From positions 8,362 through 72,361 of the forward strand of contig CAYNYK010000005.1 in the NCBI GenBank assembly GCA_964401335.1: DNA of 64,000 nt, written 5' to 3'. This document shows, one piece after another, positions 27,601-35,132 of the stretch. The translations under genes were made by a program, and so were the position numbers. The notes below the pieces were generated by a model. The model worked only from the letters and a program-made list of their open reading frames with translations. It did not search any database and was not told the origin of the DNA. Source of the stretch: an uncultured Planctomycetales bacterium (GTDB lineage: Bacteria > Planctomycetota > Phycisphaerae > UBA1845 > PWPN01). The stretch's first letter is position 1. Each line of letters starts with the position of its first letter.

Positions 27601-28337
27601 ATCATTTGGGTTCAAGCATTTTACATTACTATGGTCCATTCCGCGGTGATCCGCGCAAGATTCTCAACCTGCCTTCCACTACGCAACCGACGACCACTAC
27701 GGATGAACCGCTATGGGGCGAAGCAGTCGAAGGCGCCCAAATCCGGTTACAGCCCGAGAAAAAAACATGGAAGACCGGCGAGACCCCGACCTTTCGTGTC
27801 GATGCGCGAAATACGGGAGCACGTGTATTTGTGTTCGATGATGAGAGTCACTGGAATGAAATCGAGATCGATGGTCAATGGTATAAACCCGAGAAGGCCA
27901 TTGAAGCCGGCACGCGTATTACGCTTTCGGCCATCAGTACCCCTATAACTTTAGCCGGTGAATGGGAACCTTTAAGCGACAAGGAAGTCGCGGAATATGC
28001 GCTCCGTCATTCGCAAAGCACATCTCGAGTAATCGATCCGGAAAAAAGGGTAAACCTGACGCTGTCTCCCGGCCGGCATACTATTCGTGTGGCCTACATT
28101 GCCATGCCCGCAAGGGCCAATACCGGCGACCCCGTCCGCGTGGTCAGCAACTCCGTCGAGATCGAAGTCCTGTCCAACGATCCCGCTAACTCCACCACCC
28201 AGCCCCGCACGGAGCTCCCACGTCCTGCCGTCAACAAGCCCTTTCTACCTCCGCCCGCGCCACCCAAGGACGAAGGGGCCATGAATGCAAATGACGGGGC
28301 GGCCTCCGCCACCCAACCGAGCACACAAATTAGATAG
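24633..28337 (+). CDS. BlaR1-type M56 peptidase sensor with ~850-aa extracytoplasmic extension
   Basis: Four or more N-terminal TM helices. HELAHIRRYD zinc motif (M56). Downstream lie a LamG/DUF1080-like segment (NWKIKNNELLG...), a carboxypeptidase-regulatory-like segment (KVTDRDGQPAEDVSV..GRYTVVAF) and a Pro-rich tail. Confidence 0.85.
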   Translation: MDTFASMLTHPLVQRLGWALLHSLWQGLLASLLLGFFLFFVRRRSAGARYLCSCAALMLSLAMPTATLFLVHVPHHAGWISPAPSELPLPSEAPNETPAYSPGMIEASIPPRAMPPSAVIPVTPTTPSSVGISERLEPYLPWAVLLWLVGVCILSLRLLGGWVKVQRIKRRCVQPAAAQWQEMLDNLMHQLRISRPVRLLESALVQAPAAIGWLKPVILLPACALSGLTPDQLRMILAHELAHIRRYDYLVNLLQTVIETLLFYHPAVWWISRRIRAERENCCDDIAVAAGGRPLDYARALTELESLRGPSPSLVAAASGGSLLERIRRILNLPSAGHNYLSRSLAGLLLISIILTATISLHLYSDVGWASEVPSTTRPTNDDPSSEQVLNVTFRDAGDLNQLVRSGGNWKIKNNELLGTCGGDQSWATCRTSFKRISSVLIRGQIVPPSTQNFRVWVGPIHLIFNWEMADQNHYRTNQELTVTQPHALTAGQWHDIEFKQNDNKVVVTVDGKTVYQTTAELAGTISVQSAWNSTIAVQQIRIVGVPDPAVRVEPLAKPLPDAAPLTRQPDAVARKPKPDLSKCGTLTTKVTDRDGQPAEDVSVFIISADQSAGLVQTNQEGIFSSDHAPAGRYTVVAFKGNRPPAKGWKDHQGYLMGAKRDVQVTAGETTTVQLQPPGTANLDVTLAKPDPYHLEWGIVLLALSPIELPTGQTGKAAAFPIPADLLGMFFVEPGKPCTIHNLPEGLIHVRATPSDPGPMDFSSNIAITIRAGQKNTLDLQLTPRNRFEGKLEFDKDVKIGLSAPAGDTKDGVSLLTMKFSRRDNQLSAEMKLGVISWPKTKWRFTVDLLDSQGKVLKSIQNIFENSGIALGFALLGSEKLELNLGPWSDVSAATRFAVSIEQISSQTPTRPAAVPAEFDLNQKELFFHGLDLSKAPVETNVRRLPDLWHAVPPGSGSYERRPEVQLFGSGLDGVVYWLPDQNMFYVQHDHLGSSILHYYGPFRGDPRKILNLPSTTQPTTTTDEPLWGEAVEGAQIRLQPEKKTWKTGETPTFRVDARNTGARVFVFDDESHWNEIEIDGQWYKPEKAIEAGTRITLSAISTPITLAGEWEPLSDKEVAEYALRHSQSTSRVIDPEKRVNLTLSPGRHTIRVAYIAMPARANTGDPVRVVSNSVEIEVLSNDPANSTTQPRTELPRPAVNKPFLPPPAPPKDEGAMNANDGAASATQPSTQIR

Positions 28338-28442
28338 TCCGCTTTGCGTTGTGTAATGATTCGGGACACAATATCATAATGGTATGGACGTAAACGAACC
28401 GGCCTGACCGGACCTGTTTCATGCAATCGCGAGAAGCGACCC

Positions 28443-28760
28443 ATGGTGAGCGAGCAAATTCTGCAGGAAGCGACGCGTCAGCTGATCGAACGGTTTCGAC
28501 CCGAACAGATCATCCTGTTCGGTTCTCAGGCCCGGGGGACCGCCGATCGGCGAAGCGATGTCGATCTGCTGGTGGTCTGTCCGTTTACGGGTAAACGCCG
28601 GGATCTGATGGTGGCCATGGACCGGGTCCTGGGCGGATTGGGAATCGCCCGGGATATTATCGTGTTGACGCCGGAGGAATTTGAACGCGACCGCCACATC
28701 CCCGGCACGGTGGCCCGCCCCGCCTGGCGGGAAGGCAGACGTCTCTATGGACAAACCTGA
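28443..28760 (+). CDS. Nucleotidyltransferase (MNT-type, minimal pol-beta fold), antitoxin-like
   Basis: ILFGSQARGTADRRSDVDLLVV (GS-x9-10-DxD motif). 105 aa. Confidence 0.8.
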   Translation: MVSEQILQEATRQLIERFRPEQIILFGSQARGTADRRSDVDLLVVCPFTGKRRDLMVAMDRVLGGLGIARDIIVLTPEEFERDRHIPGTVARPAWREGRRLYGQT

Positions 28761-29023
28761 TCCATGTCGGCCAGCCAACATAAGGTGATATAACGGATTC
28801 GTATGCTAATGGGCAACGCGGACTTTTCGTTTCCGTCACCCCTTACGGGGTTCATTCTTCGCGGGGTATGATAACCCCGGGTTTCGCTGCGCTTCACCCG
28901 GGGCTGAAATACAGGGCCCTTCCAGGGCCGTAGCGTCTCAGCGCGCAAGCTACACGACCTTGGGGATTTCCATGAATCGAGAACCGCTGTGCCGAAAATC
29001 TTTTCTCGGCACAACGATTAAGT

Positions 29024-29686
29024 TTAAGGAGCGGGAGACTCGTCGGAGACGGGTGGTTCAAGGGTTTCGTATTTCGCCACGATCGCATTGATCAGCTTGC
29101 GTTCAAACTCAGCATCGCGGCCGAGGAGGACGCGGTAGCCGGAGTCCTCGGCCCTTTCCATCTGGCCGCTGACCGTCGGGGCGGCGCTGCTGAACAGTCG
29201 CATGGCCGCCGCGGAATTGTCGATCTGTCGTTCCTCCAAGCCGTAGCGATAACGATCCACCTGTACGTCCAGTTCAAGAAGATCTTCCTTATCGGTCGAG
29301 CGAAGCGTGACCGTGGCCTGCCGCTGGATGGTCTGGAAATTGGATTCGGCCCAGTAATAGGCGGGCGCAGGTTGCGTGTGCCAGAATTCGAACCAACTGG
29401 CCGACGTATCCGGGAAGGTCGTGATCACCCCGGCCAGACGGTCCTGCCGGTCCAGCTCGAAGTTATATTTTCGCAGGGTGTCGCCGGCCGCTTCGAATAA
29501 CAGATCGCGATCGTGCGACGCATCCGCGCGCACATAAGCGATGGCCGGCCCTTCCGGCTGTGCCGGCGCCTGGCAACCGGTAGCCGCCAGAATTGCCATG
29601 AGCGGCAACAAGCCCAACCGCGCGAATCCGCCGACGATAAACTTCCGGATCGACAAGCGTAATGTCTCCCGATAAGCGTTCTGCAT
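29024..29686 (-). CDS. Hypothetical lipoprotein
   Basis: Signal plus lipobox LAATGC. No recognisable domain. Confidence 0.55.
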   Translation of the reverse strand: MQNAYRETLRLSIRKFIVGGFARLGLLPLMAILAATGCQAPAQPEGPAIAYVRADASHDRDLLFEAAGDTLRKYNFELDRQDRLAGVITTFPDTSASWFEFWHTQPAPAYYWAESNFQTIQRQATVTLRSTDKEDLLELDVQVDRYRYGLEERQIDNSAAAMRLFSSAAPTVSGQMERAEDSGYRVLLGRDAEFERKLINAIVAKYETLEPPVSDESPAP

Positions 29687-29693
29687 GACATAT

Positions 29694-30563
29694 TTATAAT
29701 CGACGCCGGCGGGTTTGGCCAGAGGCCCGCCGCCGGGGCACCGGCTGGCAGCGGGGGCAGATAAAGGTACCCCGACCGGCGACGGTTATCCGTTTGATCC
29801 TCGACCGGCACCGCCGACAGGGTTGGCCTGTTCGCTGGTAAACGCGCAACTTGCGCTGGTACCAGCCGGTGGCATTGTCCGCCCCCCGGTAGTCGCTGAC
29901 CGTGGTGCCCCCGGCGGCTATCGAATCGTTGAGCACCCGGCGGAGGGCTCGCCAAAGTCGCCCGGCCGCCGCCGCATTCAGGTCGGCCGCCCGGGTACGT
30001 GGGTGAATTCCCGACCGGTACAGGGCTTCATCGCAATAAATGTTTCCGACCCCGCTCAAAGGCTGTTGATCGAGCAGTAACGCTTTGATCTGCCGGTCGC
30101 GGTTCAGCAGTTCCCGAAAATCGGCCAGAGTGATCCGCAACGGGTCGGCGGCCACCGGCGGCGGACGACGGCCGATCCATGGCCGCCCCGGCTCGGCATC
30201 CACCATCAACCAGATTCTGCCGAACCGCCGCGGGTCGACAAAACGCAGTTCGATCCGCCGTCGCCGGAACGTCAGCCGAAGGTGAGTATGTTGGGCGATC
30301 GGGTCGTCCCGGTCGGCAATCAGCAGCTTGCCGGTCATCCCAAGATGTACGATCAACCGGCCGCCCCCGCTCAGATCCAGGTGTACCTGCTTGCCCCGCC
30401 GGACCACCTGCCGCACGCACCGGCCGCGCAAGGCCGCACACAACGGTGCGGGGTCTCCATAAACGATATCACTCCGTCCCAGATGTACCCATTCGACGGT
30501 GAGGCCGGCAATGTGCCGCCCCACCCCTCGCGCTACCGTTTCCACTTCGGGTAATTCAGGCAT
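29694..30563 (-). CDS. mutM: Formamidopyrimidine-DNA glycosylase
   Basis: N-terminal MPELPEVE, H2TH region, and C-terminal zinc finger CRRC..(N16)..CPRC. The ORF-track N-terminal extension (to 30881) is rejected. Confidence 0.92.
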   Translation of the reverse strand: MPELPEVETVARGVGRHIAGLTVEWVHLGRSDIVYGDPAPLCAALRGRCVRQVVRRGKQVHLDLSGGGRLIVHLGMTGKLLIADRDDPIAQHTHLRLTFRRRRIELRFVDPRRFGRIWLMVDAEPGRPWIGRRPPPVAADPLRITLADFRELLNRDRQIKALLLDQQPLSGVGNIYCDEALYRSGIHPRTRAADLNAAAAGRLWRALRRVLNDSIAAGGTTVSDYRGADNATGWYQRKLRVYQRTGQPCRRCRSRIKRITVAGRGTFICPRCQPVPRRRASGQTRRRRL

Positions 30564-30673
30564 GATGTTCCCATAGCTGTAACCTTCGCTTCCGCTATGA
30601 TCCGCAAGGCGAAGGTACCATCGGCATCCGTCCGTATCAATAAGCTTGCGAAAGAGACCGACGAACCGATCGG

Positions 30674-31564
30674 TCAATCCGCCTGCGGCAGGGTGATGGT
30701 GAAGGTGGTGCCGGAGCCGGGGCGGCTTTCGACGTCGATGTCGCCGCCGAGTTCCTCGATAAGGTCGCGGCAAATGGACAGACCAAGCCCCAACCCGCGC
30801 TTGTCGGGTTTGTCGGCGTTCTTCTTGGTGGTGAAAAACGGCTCGAAAATGTGCGGAAGGTTTTCCGGCGGGATGCCGCATCCGGTGTCGCGCACGTTGA
30901 TCATGACCCGGCCTTCATGCGTGGGGGCGGCATCAATGGTCAGGCGGCCGGCGCGGCCAAGCATCGCCTGACGAGCGTTTATGACCATATTGAACAGAAC
31001 CTGCAGAAGTTGATTCTCGTTGGCCCGGACGGCCAGTTCGGGATCGATCTGCAAATGAACCGTGATATTGTCCTTCTGCGGATCACGCATCAAACAGCCA
31101 ATCGCATTCTGGGCGACTTTCAGTACATGAACCGTCTGGATCACGCTGCTATCCTGACGGGCCAGCCCCACCAGCCGGTCGGCCATCTCCCGCACCGCGT
31201 CCGTACCCTGAAGCGTCTTGGTCAGCGCTTTACGCATCATGTCCACGTCATCGGTGTCCAGGGCGTGTTTGGCATAGGCGACCACCGGGGCGAACAGATT
31301 ATTAAACTCGTGAGCGAGCATGGCGGCCGTCGTACCGATGCTGGCCAGCTTCTGGGCCTGGCGTAACTGGGCCTTGAGCTCCTCGAACCGGCCAGCTAGC
31401 TGCTCAATCTGTTCTTGCAGAAGGTAAGCATCATTGGCTACAGTACCGGGAACGGGCGGCGGGAGAGGCAAAGTCCGCGACGTTGATGGCGACGGATTCG
31501 CCGGCCGTCTCTCCATCGGCGGCGGCGGTACCCGTGTAGGTGCTGACTGGGATCGCAAAGGCAT
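30674..31564 (-). CDS. Soluble histidine kinase (coiled coil + HisKA + HATPase_c)
   Basis: H-box MLAHEFNNLF, N-box LFNMVINARQA, G-boxes DTGCGI and GLGLSI. Start chosen at 31564 so as not to overlap the divergent gene. Confidence 0.8.
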   Translation of the reverse strand: MPLRSQSAPTRVPPPPMERRPANPSPSTSRTLPLPPPVPGTVANDAYLLQEQIEQLAGRFEELKAQLRQAQKLASIGTTAAMLAHEFNNLFAPVVAYAKHALDTDDVDMMRKALTKTLQGTDAVREMADRLVGLARQDSSVIQTVHVLKVAQNAIGCLMRDPQKDNITVHLQIDPELAVRANENQLLQVLFNMVINARQAMLGRAGRLTIDAAPTHEGRVMINVRDTGCGIPPENLPHIFEPFFTTKKNADKPDKRGLGLGLSICRDLIEELGGDIDVESRPGSGTTFTITLPQAD

Positions 31565-31635
31565 CAAAACTCCTGGTACTGACGGTCCGTGCCTGCAATA
31601 TCGGCACTGATAGAGCGATAACTTGAGGGATCGCG

Positions 31636-31905
31636 ATGGATCTTTCCTCTCGTATGGAATATTTATTAACATTGGCTGAACAAATGGGTGTCGAAGTTCG
31701 CGCCGAGCCGATGGGCGGAGAAGGTGGGGGGCTGTGCAAGCTCCGTGGCCAACATGTCCTTTTCGTGGACATCGCCGCCGATCTAGCCTCTCGCTATGAC
31801 CGGACCTGCGCCGCCTTGGCCACACTCCCCGGTCTTGACGAGCATTACCTTCTGCCCGAAATCCGGGCCGACCTCGACCGCGCCCGTGCTCAGAGTGAAA
31901 CATAA
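31636..31905 (+). CDS. Hypothetical protein (89 aa)
   Basis: ORF with protein-like composition, upstream of and co-oriented with the thioesterase gene. Confidence 0.45.
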   Translation: MDLSSRMEYLLTLAEQMGVEVRAEPMGGEGGGLCKLRGQHVLFVDIAADLASRYDRTCAALATLPGLDEHYLLPEIRADLDRARAQSET

Positions 31906-31999
31906 TATCGGGTTAATATAGGACACCAGATGACGGATTTTCGTCCCTATAATGAAGGTCTTCCCTTCAGGGCGACTGGCCGGTATTATATGCGGCCTT

Positions 32000-32422
32000 A
32001 TGGCGACGATTGAGCAGAAAATCGAACCCCATCGTACGCAGTGTCGGCTGGACGTGCGCGTCCGGTACGCCGAGTGTGACCCGATGGGGTATCTGCACCA
32101 TGCCAAGTATTTCGAGTATTTCGAGATGGCCCGGACCGAACTGCTCCGGACGGCCGGAATTCGCTACAGGGACATGGAGGAAAGAGGCTTCTTTTTCGTG
32201 GTGGTTCGCACCGAGTGCCGCTTCCTTCGCCCTGCCCGTTACGACGACGATCTTAACATCGAGGTCTGCCTGGAGCGCATGACCCGGGCCCGGATCGACC
32301 ATACGTACAAAATTTACCGCGAAGGCCTCGTCCTGTGCGAGGCCACAACCACGCTGGCCTGCGTCAATCGTCAGGGCCGGCCCATCCCCATACCCCCCGA
32401 GATCAGCCACTGCGAGGAATAA
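32000..32422 (+). CDS. Acyl-CoA thioesterase, YbgC/4HBT hot-dog family
   Basis: VRVRYAECDPMGYLHHAKYFEYFE.AR.E is the catalytic Asp context typical of YbgC/FcoT. Confidence 0.85.
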   Translation: MATIEQKIEPHRTQCRLDVRVRYAECDPMGYLHHAKYFEYFEMARTELLRTAGIRYRDMEERGFFFVVVRTECRFLRPARYDDDLNIEVCLERMTRARIDHTYKIYREGLVLCEATTTLACVNRQGRPIPIPPEISHCEE

Positions 32423-33478
32423 ATGCCCCTGTTCTGTCAGCTTGCCGACCCGGTCGGTTATCGTATTTCCGATTGGAACATCGCCGCCGATCCACGCGAT
32501 CGCGACTATTGGATCGGCCTGTTCGATAACTTTCCGAGCCATATTCAGGCCCAGATCGTTCGCGATGGGCTGGACGGCGACCACTTCCCCGCGCGTTGGT
32601 CGGCGTTCCAGCGTGAATACGAGGCGGGGATGCGCATCATTCGCGACAAGGTCGAGCGCACCGGTACCTTGTCAACCATTGAACTGGTCCGGCACCGGCA
32701 GGCATTGCTCAAGAAATTCGACTTTCCCGACCCCTACCGAGCGGTCAAAAGGCGCGAGAACGATGCCGCCGCCCGGTTATATCCGCAGGTTATCCAGCAA
32801 CTCGACCAGACCCCCGACGGCGAGCGTTGGCCGGCACTCTTCCTTAGCTTGCTGGCCGGCAATATGTTTGACCTTGGCGCACCCAAGACCATCGATCTAT
32901 TCAAACGGGGGCAGACCGATTTCTTCGCCACTCTTGAACGCGTCGCGGGCCAAAGCTGGTTTATTGACCATTCCGCGATGCTGATTGAACGACTGACGAA
33001 CGGTTCGCCCTGGAAGCAGATTTTATTTTTCGTGGATAACGCCGGTTCGGACATTGTACTGGGGGTACTACCTCTTGCCCGCGAGATGGCCCGCGGCGGC
33101 GCGCGCGTCGTGTTGGCCGCCAATGCCGAGCCGGCGCTCAACGATATTACGTACCCCGAGTTGAACTGTCTGCTCGACAAATTACGCAATCAGGATCCTC
33201 TATTGTCGGAACTGCTTGACGCCGGCCGCCTGGCCACAGTCGATGCGGGCAACGACACCCCCCTGCTTGATTTCTCCATCATCACGAACGCATGCAACGC
33301 GGTGGCGGCCGATAGTGATCTGATCGTTCTCGAAGGCATGGGGCGGGCGATCGAAAGCAACTGGCATGTCAACTTGAAATGCGACTGCTGGCGGGTGGCT
33401 CTGCTCAAGGACGAGGCCGTCGTCCGCTGGCTCGGGGCCAAGCTCTGGCAACCGGTCAGTCGATTTGATGCCGTTTGA
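32423..33478 (+). CDS. Damage-control phosphatase, DUF89/ARMT1 family
   Basis: FFVDNAGSDIVLGVLPLAREM and LEGMGRAIESN match the DUF89 metal-site motifs (DNAG..D, GMGR..N). The ATG follows the thioesterase TAA directly. Confidence 0.75.
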   Translation: MPLFCQLADPVGYRISDWNIAADPRDRDYWIGLFDNFPSHIQAQIVRDGLDGDHFPARWSAFQREYEAGMRIIRDKVERTGTLSTIELVRHRQALLKKFDFPDPYRAVKRRENDAAARLYPQVIQQLDQTPDGERWPALFLSLLAGNMFDLGAPKTIDLFKRGQTDFFATLERVAGQSWFIDHSAMLIERLTNGSPWKQILFFVDNAGSDIVLGVLPLAREMARGGARVVLAANAEPALNDITYPELNCLLDKLRNQDPLLSELLDAGRLATVDAGNDTPLLDFSIITNACNAVAADSDLIVLEGMGRAIESNWHVNLKCDCWRVALLKDEAVVRWLGAKLWQPVSRFDAV

Positions 33479-33515
33479 AGCAGGATGGGCCGGGCCTGAA
33501 CAAAAAAGATCGCGA

Positions 33516-33728
33516 TCAATTGACCGGGGTCAAATGATAGACTTTGGCCAATTTCCTAGCCGTGTTGAGGTCAGTCTTCTTCAGGGCGGTACGCACACTG
33601 TCGAGTTTGCCGGCATCTTGTAACGAAAGATAGGGGCCCCATCCGTCGGGATCATCGATCAATTCGACTTCGACTTCCGCTACGTAATCGCCTTCCTTAA
33701 CCAGCTTGATAGAACGTCGATTACTCAT
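33516..33728 (-). CDS. Small acidic partner protein (putative antitoxin) of the DUF4258 gene
   Basis: 70 aa. ATGA start/stop overlap with the upstream DUF4258 gene. Confidence 0.5.
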   Translation of the reverse strand: MSNRRSIKLVKEGDYVAEVEVELIDDPDGWGPYLSLQDAGKLDSVRTALKKTDLNTARKLAKVYHLTPVN

Positions 33729-34048
33729 AAGCGTCTCCTCTTGAAGCCTTCTTCCCAGCGCTGAGGATCAGGACAATAAGCCGTGACCAACACCGCTGGT
33801 TCGCTCTTCCCGGCTGGAACGCCCCAAACGGCATGAATCGGTTGCCCTCTACTACCCCATTGTAACACAAGAACGCATGGGCCTTTTGGGTAATCCGGAT
33901 AATCCTCAATAATCTCCGCCTTCTCCAGAGCGGCAAGTATTTCCACCACGGTTAAATCATCATCCGCTAACTCATCGTAACCGTGTTCGGATACCTTCAC
34001 TTTTCCCTCGGCCGCAAGTTTTTTGATTAACTCGAATGTTTGATTCAT
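33725..34048 (-). CDS. DUF4258-family protein (putative toxin)
   Basis: SEHGYDELADDDL....I......II.DYPDYPKGPCVLVL........PIHAVW......VLVTAYCPDP..W fits my recollection of the DUF4258 pattern. Start set at MNQTFEL. Confidence 0.65.
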   Translation of the reverse strand: MNQTFELIKKLAAEGKVKVSEHGYDELADDDLTVVEILAALEKAEIIEDYPDYPKGPCVLVLQWGSRGQPIHAVWGVPAGKSEPAVLVTAYCPDPQRWEEGFKRRRL

Positions 34049-34125
34049 GCCTGTTGACCTCTGCTTGTCATATAGCCTACAGAATATCTTGCGGTCAAGC
34101 CCCCAGGCAAAATTATGCAGCGGTA

Positions 34126-35121
34126 TTACAACCGAGACAAATGCTCTCGCAGGACACGTCGGACACAACACAGACTTTCTCTAAGCATTCCAAGGAACTG
34201 AGGCAGATAGCGTCGAGGGCGGGCCAGGCTGAGGGTCAAGAGAAACAGGGCGATGGTCGCCAGGCTGTAACCGATAACCACGCGATCGCCGAGGCGGGTC
34301 AGTCCGTTACGCCGCATGATCCGGGTGTAATTGCGGACGATCATACGGCCGAAGGCAAAAGGCTCCGGCCGTTGGCACGGATCGTGGTGATGAACAGCTC
34401 GAGCGTTAAGGCTACGGGCAAGCCGGCCGCGCAGGTAAAGACGATAAGACATGTCACGATCTTCGCCAAGCGCGTAACCGCTCAATCCCTCGTCGAAGGG
34501 GTTTTGCACCAGTACTTCGCGACGAAACGACATGGTAGCGCCGACAATGTTTCGGGTGGGAACGATATACGATCGCAAGCGGGCAAATACCGGCGGCGCA
34601 GGCGGCCGTGGACCGTGCGGGGGCAGGGCCCACCAGCCGGCCAGAGAATAAACCAGATCGAACAGCCGCGCAGCCCCGGAAGCTCGTCGCGGCTCGATTA
34701 AAGTGCCCTCCACACCAAGCAGAAGACCTTCGGTATCCGTCGCGTAGACTGCAAGAATTTCCCGCAGAAACCCCTGATCGAGAACCACGTCATCATCGAG
34801 AAATTGCACAATCGCGCCGCGGGCATGGCGGACAGCCAGATTGCGCGAGGCAGGCAGGCCCGGAGGATCCTTACGCAGATAGACAAAGGGGATGGCCGCG
34901 GAATGACAAAGATTGTTCAAATAATCACGATCGGCCTCGGTGAGGCATCCGTCGTCAACGACGATCAGCTCGATCGGCCGCAGGCTCTGACATGTCACGG
35001 AACGTACGCAATTTTTCAGCACATCCGGGCGATCGCGCGTACAAATCACCACGGAACAGTCCGGCCGCGCCGAGGAAGCGGGGGGTATCGGATAGGTTGT
35101 TGAAGGATCGAAGGTGTACAT
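34126..35121 (-). CDS. Family 2 glycosyltransferase
   Basis: SVVICTRDRP..L..C..S...Q......ELIVVDDG and the FLDDD (DxD) motif. Confidence 0.85.
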   Translation of the reverse strand: MYTFDPSTTYPIPPASSARPDCSVVICTRDRPDVLKNCVRSVTCQSLRPIELIVVDDGCLTEADRDYLNNLCHSAAIPFVYLRKDPPGLPASRNLAVRHARGAIVQFLDDDVVLDQGFLREILAVYATDTEGLLLGVEGTLIEPRRASGAARLFDLVYSLAGWWALPPHGPRPPAPPVFARLRSYIVPTRNIVGATMSFRREVLVQNPFDEGLSGYALGEDRDMSYRLYLRGRLARSLNARAVHHHDPCQRPEPFAFGRMIVRNYTRIMRRNGLTRLGDRVVIGYSLATIALFLLTLSLARPRRYLPQFLGMLRESLCCVRRVLREHLSRL

Positions 35122-35132
35122 GGCGTCACCGA

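Noticed and set aside
28745-29014. 89-aa minus-strand ORF downstream of the MNT gene.
   Set aside because: Its Arg/Pro-rich low-complexity translation comes from a GC-rich hairpin-dense region and resembles spurious translations of REP-like DNA. There is no RBS or motif.
30564-30881. 106-aa N-terminal extension of the mutM ORF, and similar extensions on tgt, the ABC-F, prmC, pspC, the second Gfo/Idh/MocA gene, the DUF4258 gene and the histidine kinase.
   Set aside because: Fpg must begin MPELPEVE because Pro2 is catalytic. The extensions overlap neighbouring genes, are Arg/His-rich junk, and internal starts with RBS-like sequences fit the known family N-termini.
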